From Planctomycetota bacterium (GTDB taxonomy: Bacteria > Planctomycetota > UBA8108 > SXIK01), in the NCBI GenBank assembly GCA_965223265.1, contig OZ244999.1, forward strand, positions 352,001-416,000: DNA of 64,000 bases, in the 5' to 3' direction. Both the position numbers and the translations under genes were made by a program. The notes beneath the pieces are model-generated. The model worked only from the letters and a program-made list of their open reading frames with translations, had not been told where the DNA came from and searched no databases. Position 1 is the first letter of the stretch; the number at the start of each line of letters is the position of its first letter. Shown in pieces: positions 39,336-49,414 of the stretch.

Positions 39336-39749
39336 ATGATAAGAAGAGCTTTGATTTGGACTGCAGTGTCTTTCCTTCTCGTCTTCGTCTCGGGTCCGCT
39401 AGCGGGGCAATGCTCGATGTGCGCCGAGGCGGTGGACAACGCCTCTCATGCCGACGGCGGCAGTCTTGCGGCGGGTTTCTATTGGAGCATCCTGTTTCTT
39501 CTTACCGTCTTGTTCGGATTGACGGGCGGACTGGTTGGCTTCATTGTCTTTGTTGCCCGGCGTGAGTCCGCGGCGCGCGAATTTGCCGCCCAGGCGGAGA
39601 AACAAAGTGAGGCGAACAGCGGTACTGACCTAGCACTGCGCGCTGCCGTCGACGAGGAACGTTCGCCTCTTCCGATCGGTGCTGACGGTGCTTCTGCTGT
39701 TTCGTCGCGCGCTACGGTGGGCACCGAAGTCTCGGTGTCGCGGGAGTAG
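39336..39749 (+). CDS. small membrane protein with CxxC motif after the signal peptide
   Basis: Signal-like N-terminus, QCSMC, then a GFYWSILFLL transmembrane helix. Confidence 0.55.
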   Translation: MIRRALIWTAVSFLLVFVSGPLAGQCSMCAEAVDNASHADGGSLAAGFYWSILFLLTVLFGLTGGLVGFIVFVARRESAAREFAAQAEKQSEANSGTDLALRAAVDEERSPLPIGADGASAVSSRATVGTEVSVSRE

Positions 39750-39835
39750 CTTCTGAACTTGAGCGGTCGGTAGGTCGCCTTGACATTCACGCCGGAACGA
39801 GCGTCTGAGGCAGCACTCCCTCGCAGCGGGCATAG

Positions 39836-40014
39836 CAGCCTGTTGAAAAAAGTCATTCGGCCGAGAAACTGGCCTCTTCACGCCCAGACGGGCCGCGCCA
39901 ATACTCGCCATCAGAATCAAAAGAAGCGGGCCCGAAGATTGCCTCCGTTCGCCGCCGCCGATCTGGACGCGAAGAGACCAGTTTTCGACTCGAAGCACCC
40001 TTTTCAACAGGCTG
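39836..40014. mobile_element. MITE-like element with 14-bp terminal inverted repeats
   Basis: CAGCCTGTTGAAAA ... TTTTCAACAGGCTG. The interior is clearly homologous to 62317-62496. Confidence 0.7.
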
Positions 40015-40058
40015 ATAGACGACGTGGGTGGTTGGGCGGAGGCTGCCAGATTTGGTCG

Positions 40059-43000
40059 TGCATTTTAGCTGGCGTTCTTTTGGTCTCGCCCAGCCTCTAT
40101 GACACCAAGGACATCGCCGCTCAGTCGCTGGTGGAGGTCGGCGAGGTTCGCGATCGGTTTGGCGCTGCGTGGCGGTGGCGTCTCCACGGCCGCGACGAGA
40201 GGCTTCGTCTCGGGACTGCGACGGCGCTCTACCAAGACCAAAAGAATTTCGTCTACGCTGCGACACACTTGGGGATCTTTCGCTACGACCTATGGTTCTG
40301 GGAGCAGCTCGCGCCACAACTGGCTGACGAAGTCCTCACGTTCGCAGAGTCGAACTCCGTTGTATATGCGTGTAGTCGAAGCGTCTTGTGGAAACTGCGG
40401 GGCGACCGTCTCGAAGTCGCCCATCAGGGTGACGAGCTCCTGCTTGCGGTCGAGGCGGACCGCAATGTGTTTCTGATTGACGGCGAGTCGAGGAAACACT
40501 ACCAGATTCACGGCGAGGTGTTGGATCTCGTCGATGGAGGGACACTTCCCAGCGGCAACTTCTTCGGTTATGCAGTAGCGCCCGACGGGCGCCATTGGCT
40601 GATTGCCGGCGGGGATCTCTACTCGCGTGACTTACGCGAGCCCGCCTGGGTGCCGTTGGAGCCGAATCAAGTTGCAGACGCGCTCGTGAACGCCAGGTGC
40701 GAACGGCTGTATCGGGTCGCCGAATCGCAGGTTCCCCGCCGCCGACGCATTGATCGACCGCCGTCCACAAGGCCGGGGGTGGAGCTGTGGGGTCTGTTCA
40801 AAGATTCCTCCCAAGGTCGAACGGTTCTCGGCGCGCTCCGTGATGACGAGTGGGTGCCGCTAAAAAGTGGCGACGACGTCCCGCGGCTGAAATCTGTGAA
40901 GCTTCAGCACGGGGGACTCTACTACGCTATCACCGACGACGGGGAGGTCATCGCGAGCGCAGACGCCGTCGACTGGCAGCAGCTGCCGCTCTCCGCGGTG
41001 GGGGAGTCATCGGCGATCACATCGCTTGTCGATACGAGTGGCTTCTTCTGGTTTTCACTTGGCGGCGGCGGCGTCGCGACTTTCGATCCTGACAGCGATC
41101 GCTGGACGCAGTTGCCAGTGGGAGGCCGGCGCGTGCAGAGCTTGATCGAAGCCACGACGGGGGATGGATGGGAGGTGTGGGCCGGGACCGACCGCGGCGT
41201 GTGGCGTTACCGCGTCGGAGAGGAGACACAGTCGTGGCCAAGTGCCCAAGGCACTGAACTGCGAAGGGTCACCGGGCTCTGCTACGACGAGGAGCGTGAG
41301 CGCGTGTGGGTCACGTCGGAACAGTTTTCTGGGATGCTCTACTTCGACGGCACTAACTGGCAGCGCTTCAGAGCGCCAGCGATCGGCGACGATCGCTTCA
41401 TCAAGGTCGTGAACGATTTCACGGGCGAGCTGTGGTTTTTGCCGCGAAGTAGGAGTGGAGAAGGCCAGCCGCGCTTCTACCGGCTTCTAACACCACCGGT
41501 CGACGCAATTCAGGTTGTCCGCTCGAACGAAGCGTATGACATTGTCGATCTCATACGAACAAACACTGACGAACTGTTTCTGGCGACGAATCGCGGCTTG
41601 CTGAACGGGCGCGTCGTCAACAACGGCGCTGCCGATTCTCATTTCGAGGTGATGCGGGCGTACTCAGTTGAAGATGGATTGCTGGGGCCATCGTTGTGGT
41701 CGGTGACAAGAGCGCTCGACGGTGCTATCTGGGTGAGTTACCGCGGTGAGTCGTCCGAGGTCACCCGCATATCGCCGGACGGTTCGGTGACGTCTTTCTC
41801 TGGGGCTGGCGGGCCAGTTTGGTCGATCACACCGGTCGGCGCAGATCTTTACTTCGGCACCGACTATGGCTTGACTCGCTTTGACGGAGTCTGCTTTTAC
41901 CGCCAGCGCGTTGCTTCCGCTGGTCTATCCAGCGGCGTTTGGCCGGTCGTTGTGTCGCGAGAGATCCCGGACTCGCTGCTCGTGGGAACTCTGAGCCAAG
42001 GCATTTGGAGGTTTCGCAACGACGACGACTTTCGTCCGCGATTTTCACCTTCCGACCTTCCAGCCACCGTACTTCTCGGCGAGGACGGCACAGGCCGCGA
42101 GACTTTCGAGTGGGATGCGCGCGACTACCGAGCTCAGTCTGAGCCGCAGGATCTCCAATTTCGCACCCGTTTCGATGGAGACGACTGGACGCTGTTTTCC
42201 GGCGACAGAATGCGGATTCTGGCGGGAATGCCGCCCGGCGAGCACACCTTCGAGATCGAAGTGCGCGACCTGGACGGCAACCCCAGCCGCGGTCCGTATC
42301 TCCACGAGTTCTCGGTACGACCGCGAGGAGGTGACTCGGAGCTTCTCACGCGCCTGGCGCTGGGCGCCGTGGCGATCGCGCTCCTCGTTGGCGTCCTCTT
42401 CATGGTTTCACGCAGTGTCGCGCGTCGACGTCGCGTCGAGCGTTACGTCGAGATGTTTCGCACTTGTCCGTTCCCAGTGTTCATTCTGGACGACAAATTA
42501 CGAGTGGTCGACTACAACGGCGCGAGCCCGGAGTTGATCGAGCTCGATGAGGACTCGATCGCGGCGGTGATCGGGCGTCCTTTGCGTCTGTTGCCGGCTT
42601 TTTCACATGAGCAGCTGGGTGAACGGCTGAAACGGATGTTGAGCGGAGAGGGATTCTTCCTGCGCGAACACCAATGGCTTCGTGGCGGAGTCGTCGAGAG
42701 GCTTTTGGCTGTGCAAGGATTTCCATTCATCGACGAGGCGGGAATCGTGACAGGTGGTGTCGTGCTTGTCGAAGACAAGACGGACTCAGCGCGTGTCGAT
42801 ACGCTGCGGGAACGGGAGCGGCGACTTGCAAGTTTGCGCAGTATGGCCAAGGAATTGACGTCGGGTTTGCATGACCTCACGACGCAATTGAAGGATGGTG
42901 CCTCTGGTGCTGCAGTCAGGAACATTGAACGCTTGGAGTCGATGATCGCAAGCTTGTCCGTCTTTTCAGAAGACTCAGTCGGTTTTCGAGGCGGCTCCGA

Positions 43001-43481
43001 GCTGTCGCTGAATGAACTTCTGCAGGGATTACTTGAAAGCGAGAACGGTGTTACCGGCTTCGGTCAGAACGTTCGCGTTGATTTTCGCGCGCAGGCTGGT
43101 CTGTGGACGGTTCAGGCAGATGTCGATCGCATCAAGGAGGCGGTTCTTGAGATCCTCCGTAACGCCGCCGATGCGATGCCGGAAGAGGGACTCCTCAAGA
43201 TCCGTACCGCGAACGTACGACTGGAGTACGACGAACCCATACTCCAGGCTGGCACTTACGTTGAGCTCGCCATCGCTGATACGGGCATCGGAATGGCTTC
43301 GGGGCATCGCGAGCGAGCCGTCGAGCCGTTTTTCACGACGAAAGCACGTGAGGAGAGTCTCGGAGTCGGGTTGTCGTTGGCCTATGGGGTGGTCCGCAGC
43401 CACGGTGGCGATCTGCGCATCGACTCAAGCCCAGGTCAAGGCACGATCGTGCGGGTGCTGTTGCCGGCCGCGCATCGTTGA
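40059..43481 (+). CDS. sensor histidine kinase-like protein: beta-propeller + Y_Y_Y-like domain, TM, PAS, degenerate HisKA, HATPase
   Basis: Propeller repeats (VWAGTDRG, LYFGTDYGL) and PPGEHTFEIEVRD, then a TM helix, NAADAM, DTGIGM, EPFFTTK and GQGT. Start uncertain, because the ORF-track start at 39780 runs through the MITE. Confidence 0.75.
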   Translation, partial: CILAGVLLVSPSLYDTKDIAAQSLVEVGEVRDRFGAAWRWRLHGRDERLRLGTATALYQDQKNFVYAATHLGIFRYDLWFWEQLAPQLADEVLTFAESNSVVYACSRSVLWKLRGDRLEVAHQGDELLLAVEADRNVFLIDGESRKHYQIHGEVLDLVDGGTLPSGNFFGYAVAPDGRHWLIAGGDLYSRDLREPAWVPLEPNQVADALVNARCERLYRVAESQVPRRRRIDRPPSTRPGVELWGLFKDSSQGRTVLGALRDDEWVPLKSGDDVPRLKSVKLQHGGLYYAITDDGEVIASADAVDWQQLPLSAVGESSAITSLVDTSGFFWFSLGGGGVATFDPDSDRWTQLPVGGRRVQSLIEATTGDGWEVWAGTDRGVWRYRVGEETQSWPSAQGTELRRVTGLCYDEERERVWVTSEQFSGMLYFDGTNWQRFRAPAIGDDRFIKVVNDFTGELWFLPRSRSGEGQPRFYRLLTPPVDAIQVVRSNEAYDIVDLIRTNTDELFLATNRGLLNGRVVNNGAADSHFEVMRAYSVEDGLLGPSLWSVTRALDGAIWVSYRGESSEVTRISPDGSVTSFSGAGGPVWSITPVGADLYFGTDYGLTRFDGVCFYRQRVASAGLSSGVWPVVVSREIPDSLLVGTLSQGIWRFRNDDDFRPRFSPSDLPATVLLGEDGTGRETFEWDARDYRAQSEPQDLQFRTRFDGDDWTLFSGDRMRILAGMPPGEHTFEIEVRDLDGNPSRGPYLHEFSVRPRGGDSELLTRLALGAVAIALLVGVLFMVSRSVARRRRVERYVEMFRTCPFPVFILDDKLRVVDYNGASPELIELDEDSIAAVIGRPLRLLPAFSHEQLGERLKRMLSGEGFFLREHQWLRGGVVERLLAVQGFPFIDEAGIVTGGVVLVEDKTDSARVDTLRERERRLASLRSMAKELTSGLHDLTTQLKDGASGAAVRNIERLESMIASLSVFSEDSVGFRGGSELSLNELLQGLLESENGVTGFGQNVRVDFRAQAGLWTVQADVDRIKEAVLEILRNAADAMPEEGLLKIRTANVRLEYDEPILQAGTYVELAIADTGIGMASGHRERAVEPFFTTKAREESLGVGLSLAYGVVRSHGGDLRIDSSPGQGTIVRVLLPAAHR

Positions 43482-43722
43482 CCTCGGCGCTGCAGCAGCA
43501 CAGGTGGGCTGAGTGCAGAAGTTCGGGTGCCCGACACGCACGCCCTCGCTGAACGATTCGCAGCTGTCCTGTCTGAGGTTGGGACATTCGGTGAACACCG
43601 ATGCGGGCGTCGTCGAGACGGCTAAAGAAAAGGATAAAGACGTCGTGTGGAAAGTTTTCCGTCTTTTCTCAAGTGACTTGGCACGGGTGATGCACGTTCC
43701 CATGTGGTGAAACATGGCAAGA

Positions 43723-43812
43723 CAGCCTGTTGAAAAGCGTTTCTACCTGAGACTCGTCGCCGCCAATGTGGCTGACGACGCCGCCCCGCCGAACGACTTT
43801 TTCAACCGGCTG
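43723..43812. mobile_element. short (90 bp) derivative of the MITE-like family, inverted orientation
   Basis: CAGCCTGTTGAAAAG ... GCCGAACGACTTTTTCAACCGGCTG. The right end is approximately the reverse complement of the left end of the 39836 element. Confidence 0.6.
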
Positions 43813-43850
43813 TTAACCCCCTCTCTCGTTCGGGGCCTCACTTGGCCTCC

Positions 43851-43888
43851 AGGGAGTCGACAGTCGCTCCCTCCGTCTGTCGACTCCC
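43851..43888. terminator. GC-rich hairpin, possible terminator between convergent genes
   Basis: GGGAGTCGACAG ... CTGTCGACTCCC 12-bp inverted repeat. Confidence 0.4.
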
Positions 43889-43924
43889 CTTTCTTCGCCT
43901 TGCGCGTTCGCCGCCCACCTGATC

Positions 43925-44995
43925 TCATGTGAGCGGAAGAGCTGCGCCATCAACGGCGGCGGCGACACCCCGAATCGGGCGTTCCGCCAGATGAGAGGCG
44001 ACGTCATCCGATAGGTGCACGAGAACGATTTCCCCGACTTCGAGTTCGCTTCTGCGATCTCGAATCTCCTCTAACGCGATATGCGCGTAGCTGCTTGGTT
44101 CCACCGTCGTGCATTCGAGGATCAGGATCTCTGAGGCAGACGCGAGTGCTTCAAGCTGTGGGCACCAGCGCGTGTCGCCGCTCACTCCCAGAGCCTTTCC
44201 GCCGAGGCGGAAGACGTAGCCGATCGAGCTTTCGTGGTGTTCCATCGGGAACGTGTCGAACTCGACGTCGGCCAGGAGTCGAATGTTTTGCTGTCGCACG
44301 ACAGGGAGCTCGTGAAATCTGATCGGAAAGGCGGCGTCGCTCTGCGAGAAGATCTCGCCGTAACAAAGCCCGACGAGCGACTCGAGGTGGGCACGAATGC
44401 CGGTAGGGCCACACACGTGGAGCGGGCGGGTCCGCTGATCGATATAGAGGAAATGAAGCATGAGAAACGGCCAGCCAGCAATGTGGTCGCCATGCAGATG
44501 GGTGAAGAAGACGGCGTCAAGCTGGCGGGTGTCGACACCGAATCGTTGGATCGCAGCGAGCCCGGTGGGGCCGATGTCGACGAGAAACCGAGGGCCACTC
44601 GGGGCACGGATCATGAGACATTGAGAGAAACGCCCGTCCGTATTGAACGCGTTTCCCGTGCCCAGGAAACGCGCGTGTCCGTGAGCGAGAAGGGTGCTTT
44701 GAGGATTGCCCACGAGGTGGCTGTGAGCGTTGGCTCGTGCCTTGGGCCTGGAAGCGCTCGCGGTGCGCCGTTTGCCGCGCACCGCTTTTGACTTCCGTGG
44801 AGATTTTTTTTTAGTCGCCTGAGAGCTTGCTCGCCGGCGGACTTTCGTCTTTGAGCTCTTCTTTCCCGAGCTCTTCTTTTTGGAAGTTTTAGCCTTCGCC
44901 TTCTTTTTCCTATTTGCCTTCTTGCTGACAGTCTTCTTTCCTGCAGCTTTCTTCGAGGCTTTCTGTTTCGAAGGCTTTACGGCGGTCTTTTTCAC
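43925..44995 (-). CDS. MBL-fold metallo-hydrolase (RNase Z-like) with Lys-rich histone-like N-terminus
   Basis: GTGNAF, LVDIG, THLHGDH, SGDT, LEC and LVH. The first ~90 aa are rich in K, S, A and R. Confidence 0.8.
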   Translation of the reverse strand: MKKTAVKPSKQKASKKAAGKKTVSKKANRKKKAKAKTSKKKSSGKKSSKTKVRRRASSQATKKKSPRKSKAVRGKRRTASASRPKARANAHSHLVGNPQSTLLAHGHARFLGTGNAFNTDGRFSQCLMIRAPSGPRFLVDIGPTGLAAIQRFGVDTRQLDAVFFTHLHGDHIAGWPFLMLHFLYIDQRTRPLHVCGPTGIRAHLESLVGLCYGEIFSQSDAAFPIRFHELPVVRQQNIRLLADVEFDTFPMEHHESSIGYVFRLGGKALGVSGDTRWCPQLEALASASEILILECTTVEPSSYAHIALEEIRDRRSELEVGEIVLVHLSDDVASHLAERPIRGVAAAVDGAALPLT

Positions 44996-45096
44996 GCATC
45001 CTCAACGAGCAGTCAAGACAAGCTCCAACGGCCGCGAAAAGACGGCGACCCGGCGACGTTTCTTGCCGTCACTTCTTGCTGCTGTTGGAGTCAGGC

Positions 45097-46554
45097 TCAC
45101 CATGAGATCCACACACGCGTCTCTGGCGTCTGCCACGCTATTTCGTTCCGGTCGCGGTCTGAAGCCAGCAATTCTACATAGATACGCCAGTCACCAGGTG
45201 CGAGCAAATCCTGCGTGAAAACTGCAGAAAAGTCTTGAACGAACTCTCCGCGACCGCCGCTCACCAGCGCCCCAGGCGGAATCCGGAGAGGTTTGCGACG
45301 CTGGCCAACGGTTTTTCCGTTGGCCCCTACTCGATTGAGTACGAGCGTCGGGGGCGCAACCTCGTGTGCCGATGCGATTCGACGCACCACGGCCGTGCCA
45401 GCAACGCGTGAGCGGGTTGCCGAGGAAACGCGAATCAGAACATGCAGGGGTGGAGAGGCTGGCAGGCGTGATGCCGTCACGCGTGGGAACCGATCACTCA
45501 GGACGGGATGGAGGTGAAAACTGGCTTGAGGGGCCTTCGTCGCAAGTTCAAAGAGTTCGTCGAGGGTGTCAGCGTGAGGTCGCCTGGAAGTGCTCGTGAG
45601 AAGCTTCGCGAGCGCCTCATAGACCAACGGCTTCGTGACGGCATCGAACATGGAGGCGTCGGCTGTCAACGTCTGCGTCAAGTTTCGCTTGGTTTCCTCA
45701 GTCAGCAGAAACGCAGAGTCGATCACAAACTGGAGCGCCGATTTGATCACCTGGCGCTCGGCGCTCGGGTGCAGGCGTGATATCAAAAACTCCGTCGAGA
45801 CGATCTCCGCAAAGAGCACATCGACGTGTCGAGCTAGAGAACTCGCTCTCACTGCGCCTCGCATCTCCCAAAGCTCGCGTTCGCGACGTTCTCTCGCGAG
45901 GGCCTCTGCCATCCTTGCGACGTAAGTGCTGGTCGTAGCATTACGAAACGCACGCGAGATTTCATCGTCGAGTCTCTGCGTAAACTCCTTCATGTTCGTT
46001 TCGTCGACTCCGCGTGCGAGCAAGTGTTCCAGCTCGACGCTCCGATCGAGAGCTGCTCCCAAGTCAGATTGAAACGTCGCCAGCCGATAGCGCCGGTTGG
46101 TGTCGTCCGACTCCGATTTCGCGAGCGTCATGGCGAATCGATCTATACCGCGTGGTGTTAACGCGTAGACGTCGTCGGTGACAACGATTCGTGCCCCAGA
46201 GACTACAGTCTCCCAAACGCGAGAGCCCGGCATGCGCACGAGAAAAAAGATAGCGAGAACCGGGTCGTCGAGTTTGGCGTCGTCAACGTCTCGGAGTCCG
46301 CTGAAGTCGATGCCCCAGGGCACGATCTGGATTCTCGCACCGATTTCATGTTCGCCCTTGTAGATTTTCTTTACGGTCCCAGAGCCTGTTTGGTTGATGG
46401 CGCCCGGTCGAAAATCGCTCACGAGAACTACCAACTCGGAGGCGTGGCTCAGCGACGCAAGGTCGAGCGTCTCCACGGTGAAACCGACTAGAGTTTGAGA
46501 CGTGATCACGAGCGCAAGCGCGACGGGCGAGCCTCGCCGGAACTTGCGACTCAT
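45097..46554 (-). CDS. hypothetical secreted protein
   Basis: Long ORF with a signal-like segment after MSRKFRR and no recognised motif. Start chosen by inspection. Confidence 0.5.
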   Translation of the reverse strand: MSRKFRRGSPVALALVITSQTLVGFTVETLDLASLSHASELVVLVSDFRPGAINQTGSGTVKKIYKGEHEIGARIQIVPWGIDFSGLRDVDDAKLDDPVLAIFFLVRMPGSRVWETVVSGARIVVTDDVYALTPRGIDRFAMTLAKSESDDTNRRYRLATFQSDLGAALDRSVELEHLLARGVDETNMKEFTQRLDDEISRAFRNATTSTYVARMAEALARERRERELWEMRGAVRASSLARHVDVLFAEIVSTEFLISRLHPSAERQVIKSALQFVIDSAFLLTEETKRNLTQTLTADASMFDAVTKPLVYEALAKLLTSTSRRPHADTLDELFELATKAPQASFHLHPVLSDRFPRVTASRLPASPPLHVLIRVSSATRSRVAGTAVVRRIASAHEVAPPTLVLNRVGANGKTVGQRRKPLRIPPGALVSGGRGEFVQDFSAVFTQDLLAPGDWRIYVELLASDRDRNEIAWQTPETRVWISW

Positions 46555-46829
46555 CTGCGCACCTCGTCGCGTACAACTTGCGAACATTTCGGGGTAGAGC
46601 TCGCGCCGTGAAGTCATGGTGGTTCTCCGTCTGCATCTACATCTTTCGACTTCCTCCGTGGGGCGACTGCACGTTGAGAGTTGAATCTCTCCCTGGCTTC
46701 CGTTTCGACCGCATGAAACGAGCCAAATCTGCTTGCTGTCGCGGCGCAACGCGGCCGCTTGTTTTTGTGACATCGGTGATCCATGATGGACCGATAACCG
46801 CCTTTGGTCGTTTGCTGAGGAAGACAGAA

Positions 46830-48146
46830 TTGGCTGCTTACCCACCGCGACAACGTTCGCGACGCGAGTTTCTCGGGGCAACTGCTGTCGCAGTCGGAGC
46901 GAGTGGTCTACCGCTCGTCGGCGCGCAGAATGCATCGCTCCGGGCGAGTCCACCCTCGACTCGGCGGCGCAAGCGCATTGCGCTCATCGCGTCGGAGATT
47001 CGTCACTTTTCGCACGCGCAGCATTTTGCCGATCGTTTCCTCGAAGGTTTTGGCTGGCAGGGGCGGCATCACTATCCCGAAGTCGATTTGGTGTCCCTCT
47101 ACGTCGATCAGTTTCCTGGCAAGAGCGATTTGGCTCGCGACCGAGTGCGTCGACATCGTCTTCAGCTCTATCCGAGTGTTGCCGAAGCGATTACCCTCGG
47201 CAGTGAAAGGCTGGCGGTGGACGGTGTCGTCATCATCGGCGAGCACGGTTCTTATCCGCGGAATGACAAGGGGCAGGTGCGGTATCCACGGCATCGGTGG
47301 TTCAAAGAGATCGTCAGGGTTTTCGAGGACAGCGGACGCTCTGTGCCCGTGTTTCAAGATAAGCACCTGTCAACCGATTGGGATGAATGTGTCGAACAGG
47401 TGGAGGATTCTCGCCGCCTCAACTTTCCCTACCTCGCCGGGTCGTCGCTGCCGGTGACTTGGCGTCTGCCGGCACTTGAAGTGCCGTTGGATGCGGCGCT
47501 CGAGGAAAGCGTGTGTGTTTGCTATGGCGGTGTCGATTCGTACGATTTCCATGGCTACGAAACAGCGCAGTGTATGTCCGAGCGGCGCAGAGGCGGCGAA
47601 GTCGGTGTGCGTTCCGTGCATGCCCTCTCGGGGGAGCGTTTGTGGGACTATGTTGCAGCTCGCCCAGAATTGCAGGAGTTGCTGCTGGCGGCTTTGAAAC
47701 GTAGCCACACGCTGCTTGCTCCATCCGGCTACACCTTTGGCGTGCCGACATTCGATTGGGTGCGTGAGAGCGCGCCGAACGGCAAGGGGTTCATCGTCGA
47801 ACACAACGATGGCTTCAGGACAACGGTTTTTCTCTTACATGGACTGCTCGTCGACTTCAACTACGCGGGACGAATGGAGGACGGCCGGGTGGTATCGTGT
47901 CAGATGTATCTGCCAATGCCGCCGCGACACACGACGCTCGCTGACTTCTTCTGTCCGCTCGTGCGGCATATCGAGACGATGATCGTCACGGGAAAGGCTC
48001 CCTATCCCGTCGAGCGAACGCTCCTGACGTCCGGCATGACACTCTTCGGTATCGAATCGATCTACCGCGGCGAGGTCAAGTTGCGGACCCCCGAACTCGA
48101 CGTCGTGTATCAGCCTCCGGAAGAATCCCGGTTCTGGAGGACGTGA
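46830..48146 (+). CDS. Tat-exported conserved hypothetical protein (Rossmann-like, oxidoreductase-related)
   Basis: SRREFL Tat motif, SLYVDQ, LAVDGVVIIGEHG.YP, DKHLS, AGSSLPVTWR and PYPVERTLLTSG. RBS precedes TTG 46830. Confidence 0.65.
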   Translation: MAAYPPRQRSRREFLGATAVAVGASGLPLVGAQNASLRASPPSTRRRKRIALIASEIRHFSHAQHFADRFLEGFGWQGRHHYPEVDLVSLYVDQFPGKSDLARDRVRRHRLQLYPSVAEAITLGSERLAVDGVVIIGEHGSYPRNDKGQVRYPRHRWFKEIVRVFEDSGRSVPVFQDKHLSTDWDECVEQVEDSRRLNFPYLAGSSLPVTWRLPALEVPLDAALEESVCVCYGGVDSYDFHGYETAQCMSERRRGGEVGVRSVHALSGERLWDYVAARPELQELLLAALKRSHTLLAPSGYTFGVPTFDWVRESAPNGKGFIVEHNDGFRTTVFLLHGLLVDFNYAGRMEDGRVVSCQMYLPMPPRHTTLADFFCPLVRHIETMIVTGKAPYPVERTLLTSGMTLFGIESIYRGEVKLRTPELDVVYQPPEESRFWRT

Positions 48147-49300
48147 TCGCCATGCGGCTTGCCTTGTTCGCGGAAGAGTTTTCGCTCTTTTCACCGGCCC
48201 AGCAGATTCTCGATCGGTTTCTTCGTGGGTACACGTGCGAAGGCGAACTGCGACCTGCGTACGACCAGGTCGTCCTCTCGCTGCGAGGTGATCTTCAACA
48301 ACCTGAAGTGAGAATGCGCGTCCGTGACCACCAGCTGATGGCCGTGGGCACTGACGCCGAAGCCGCTGCCTCGTCTGACGCGTTCGTGATCGTGCCGGCA
48401 AGAGTTGCGTCTGCGGCTTCGGATCGTTTCGTCGAAAAAACCCTTTCTGCGGTTCCGCGCAGTTCGAAGGTTTACGTCCACGGCACACTTGCGAGCACGT
48501 ACGAAGCGGCGCAGCGTCACCTCGGGATTGCACGCCAGCGGCAGGTTGATCTGTTTTCGGGCTCCTATCTCGCGACGACTGTCCGTCTACCCCCGATCGA
48601 CGTGCCGCGCGAAGCTGCAGTCGCAGCGGCGCTGGTTGTTGTCGTCGGCGACCATGAGGAGGTTCCGTTTCGTGCTGTCGACGCGCTATTGCCTTTCATC
48701 GAGCGGCGTCGAGGTGGAGAGGCGGGGATCGCAGCAGTGACGGCACTGGAGGGCGACGCCGTTTGGCGAGCGCAAAATGAAGGCCGCTGGAGTCGCGCCC
48801 TACTGTCAGCAGCGCTGTCGCGCTCGAGTACGCCGCAGGGCGATCCGCGTCGAGACGGGAGAACACAGAACCTCCTCGGACTCGGGAAAGTTCCTCATCT
48901 CGCCGCGGAGCCCCAGGCTTATCTCATCGAGCACACCGATGGGCTGCTGTCGACAGTGCTCGTGTTGAACGGAGTCATCGGCGAAGCGAATGTTGCGTTG
49001 AGGCTCCAGGGTGGAGGCGTCCTATCGACACAGCTTTTCGAACAGCCAGCGCCGCACCCCGCATGGGATGATGCCCCTTTGCCAACCGGTTATCAGTGGT
49101 CCACGCTCGTGGCGCGTCTCGATGAGGCTTTTCGAGGCGGCGGCGCGTGGCCGATCGAACGGGGTGTCGCGACCGCCTCACTCGTCGAACTCATGGCGCG
49201 GGCACGCGAGGGGCTCTATCGCCCAGTCGAGGGACCGGGGCGTGCATTGGCATACCGAAACGACCAGCCGTCGATGTTCGAGAATCGCCCAGCGTCCTAG
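48143..49300 (+). CDS. degenerate paralogue of the upstream protein
   Basis: Shared motifs TVRLP, ERRRGGEAG, IEH.DG and WPIER. Overlaps the upstream gene (GTGA). Confidence 0.6.
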   Translation: MIAMRLALFAEEFSLFSPAQQILDRFLRGYTCEGELRPAYDQVVLSLRGDLQQPEVRMRVRDHQLMAVGTDAEAAASSDAFVIVPARVASAASDRFVEKTLSAVPRSSKVYVHGTLASTYEAAQRHLGIARQRQVDLFSGSYLATTVRLPPIDVPREAAVAAALVVVVGDHEEVPFRAVDALLPFIERRRGGEAGIAAVTALEGDAVWRAQNEGRWSRALLSAALSRSSTPQGDPRRDGRTQNLLGLGKVPHLAAEPQAYLIEHTDGLLSTVLVLNGVIGEANVALRLQGGGVLSTQLFEQPAPHPAWDDAPLPTGYQWSTLVARLDEAFRGGGAWPIERGVATASLVELMARAREGLYRPVEGPGRALAYRNDQPSMFENRPAS

Positions 49301-49414
49301 CTCGATTTCGGCCGTTACGTGTCGAGTTTCGGAACGGCAGGAGCGAGAGCGCCGACCTCGAACCTATACAATGCGACCGCGCGGCTTGGGTGCGATCGTG
49401 CGGCGATCGCGAGA

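Noticed and set aside
39780-40058. N-terminal extension of the kinase ORF, and the similar ORF at 62130-62573
   Set aside because: The shared peptide is just the translated MITE-like element and is probably not coding.
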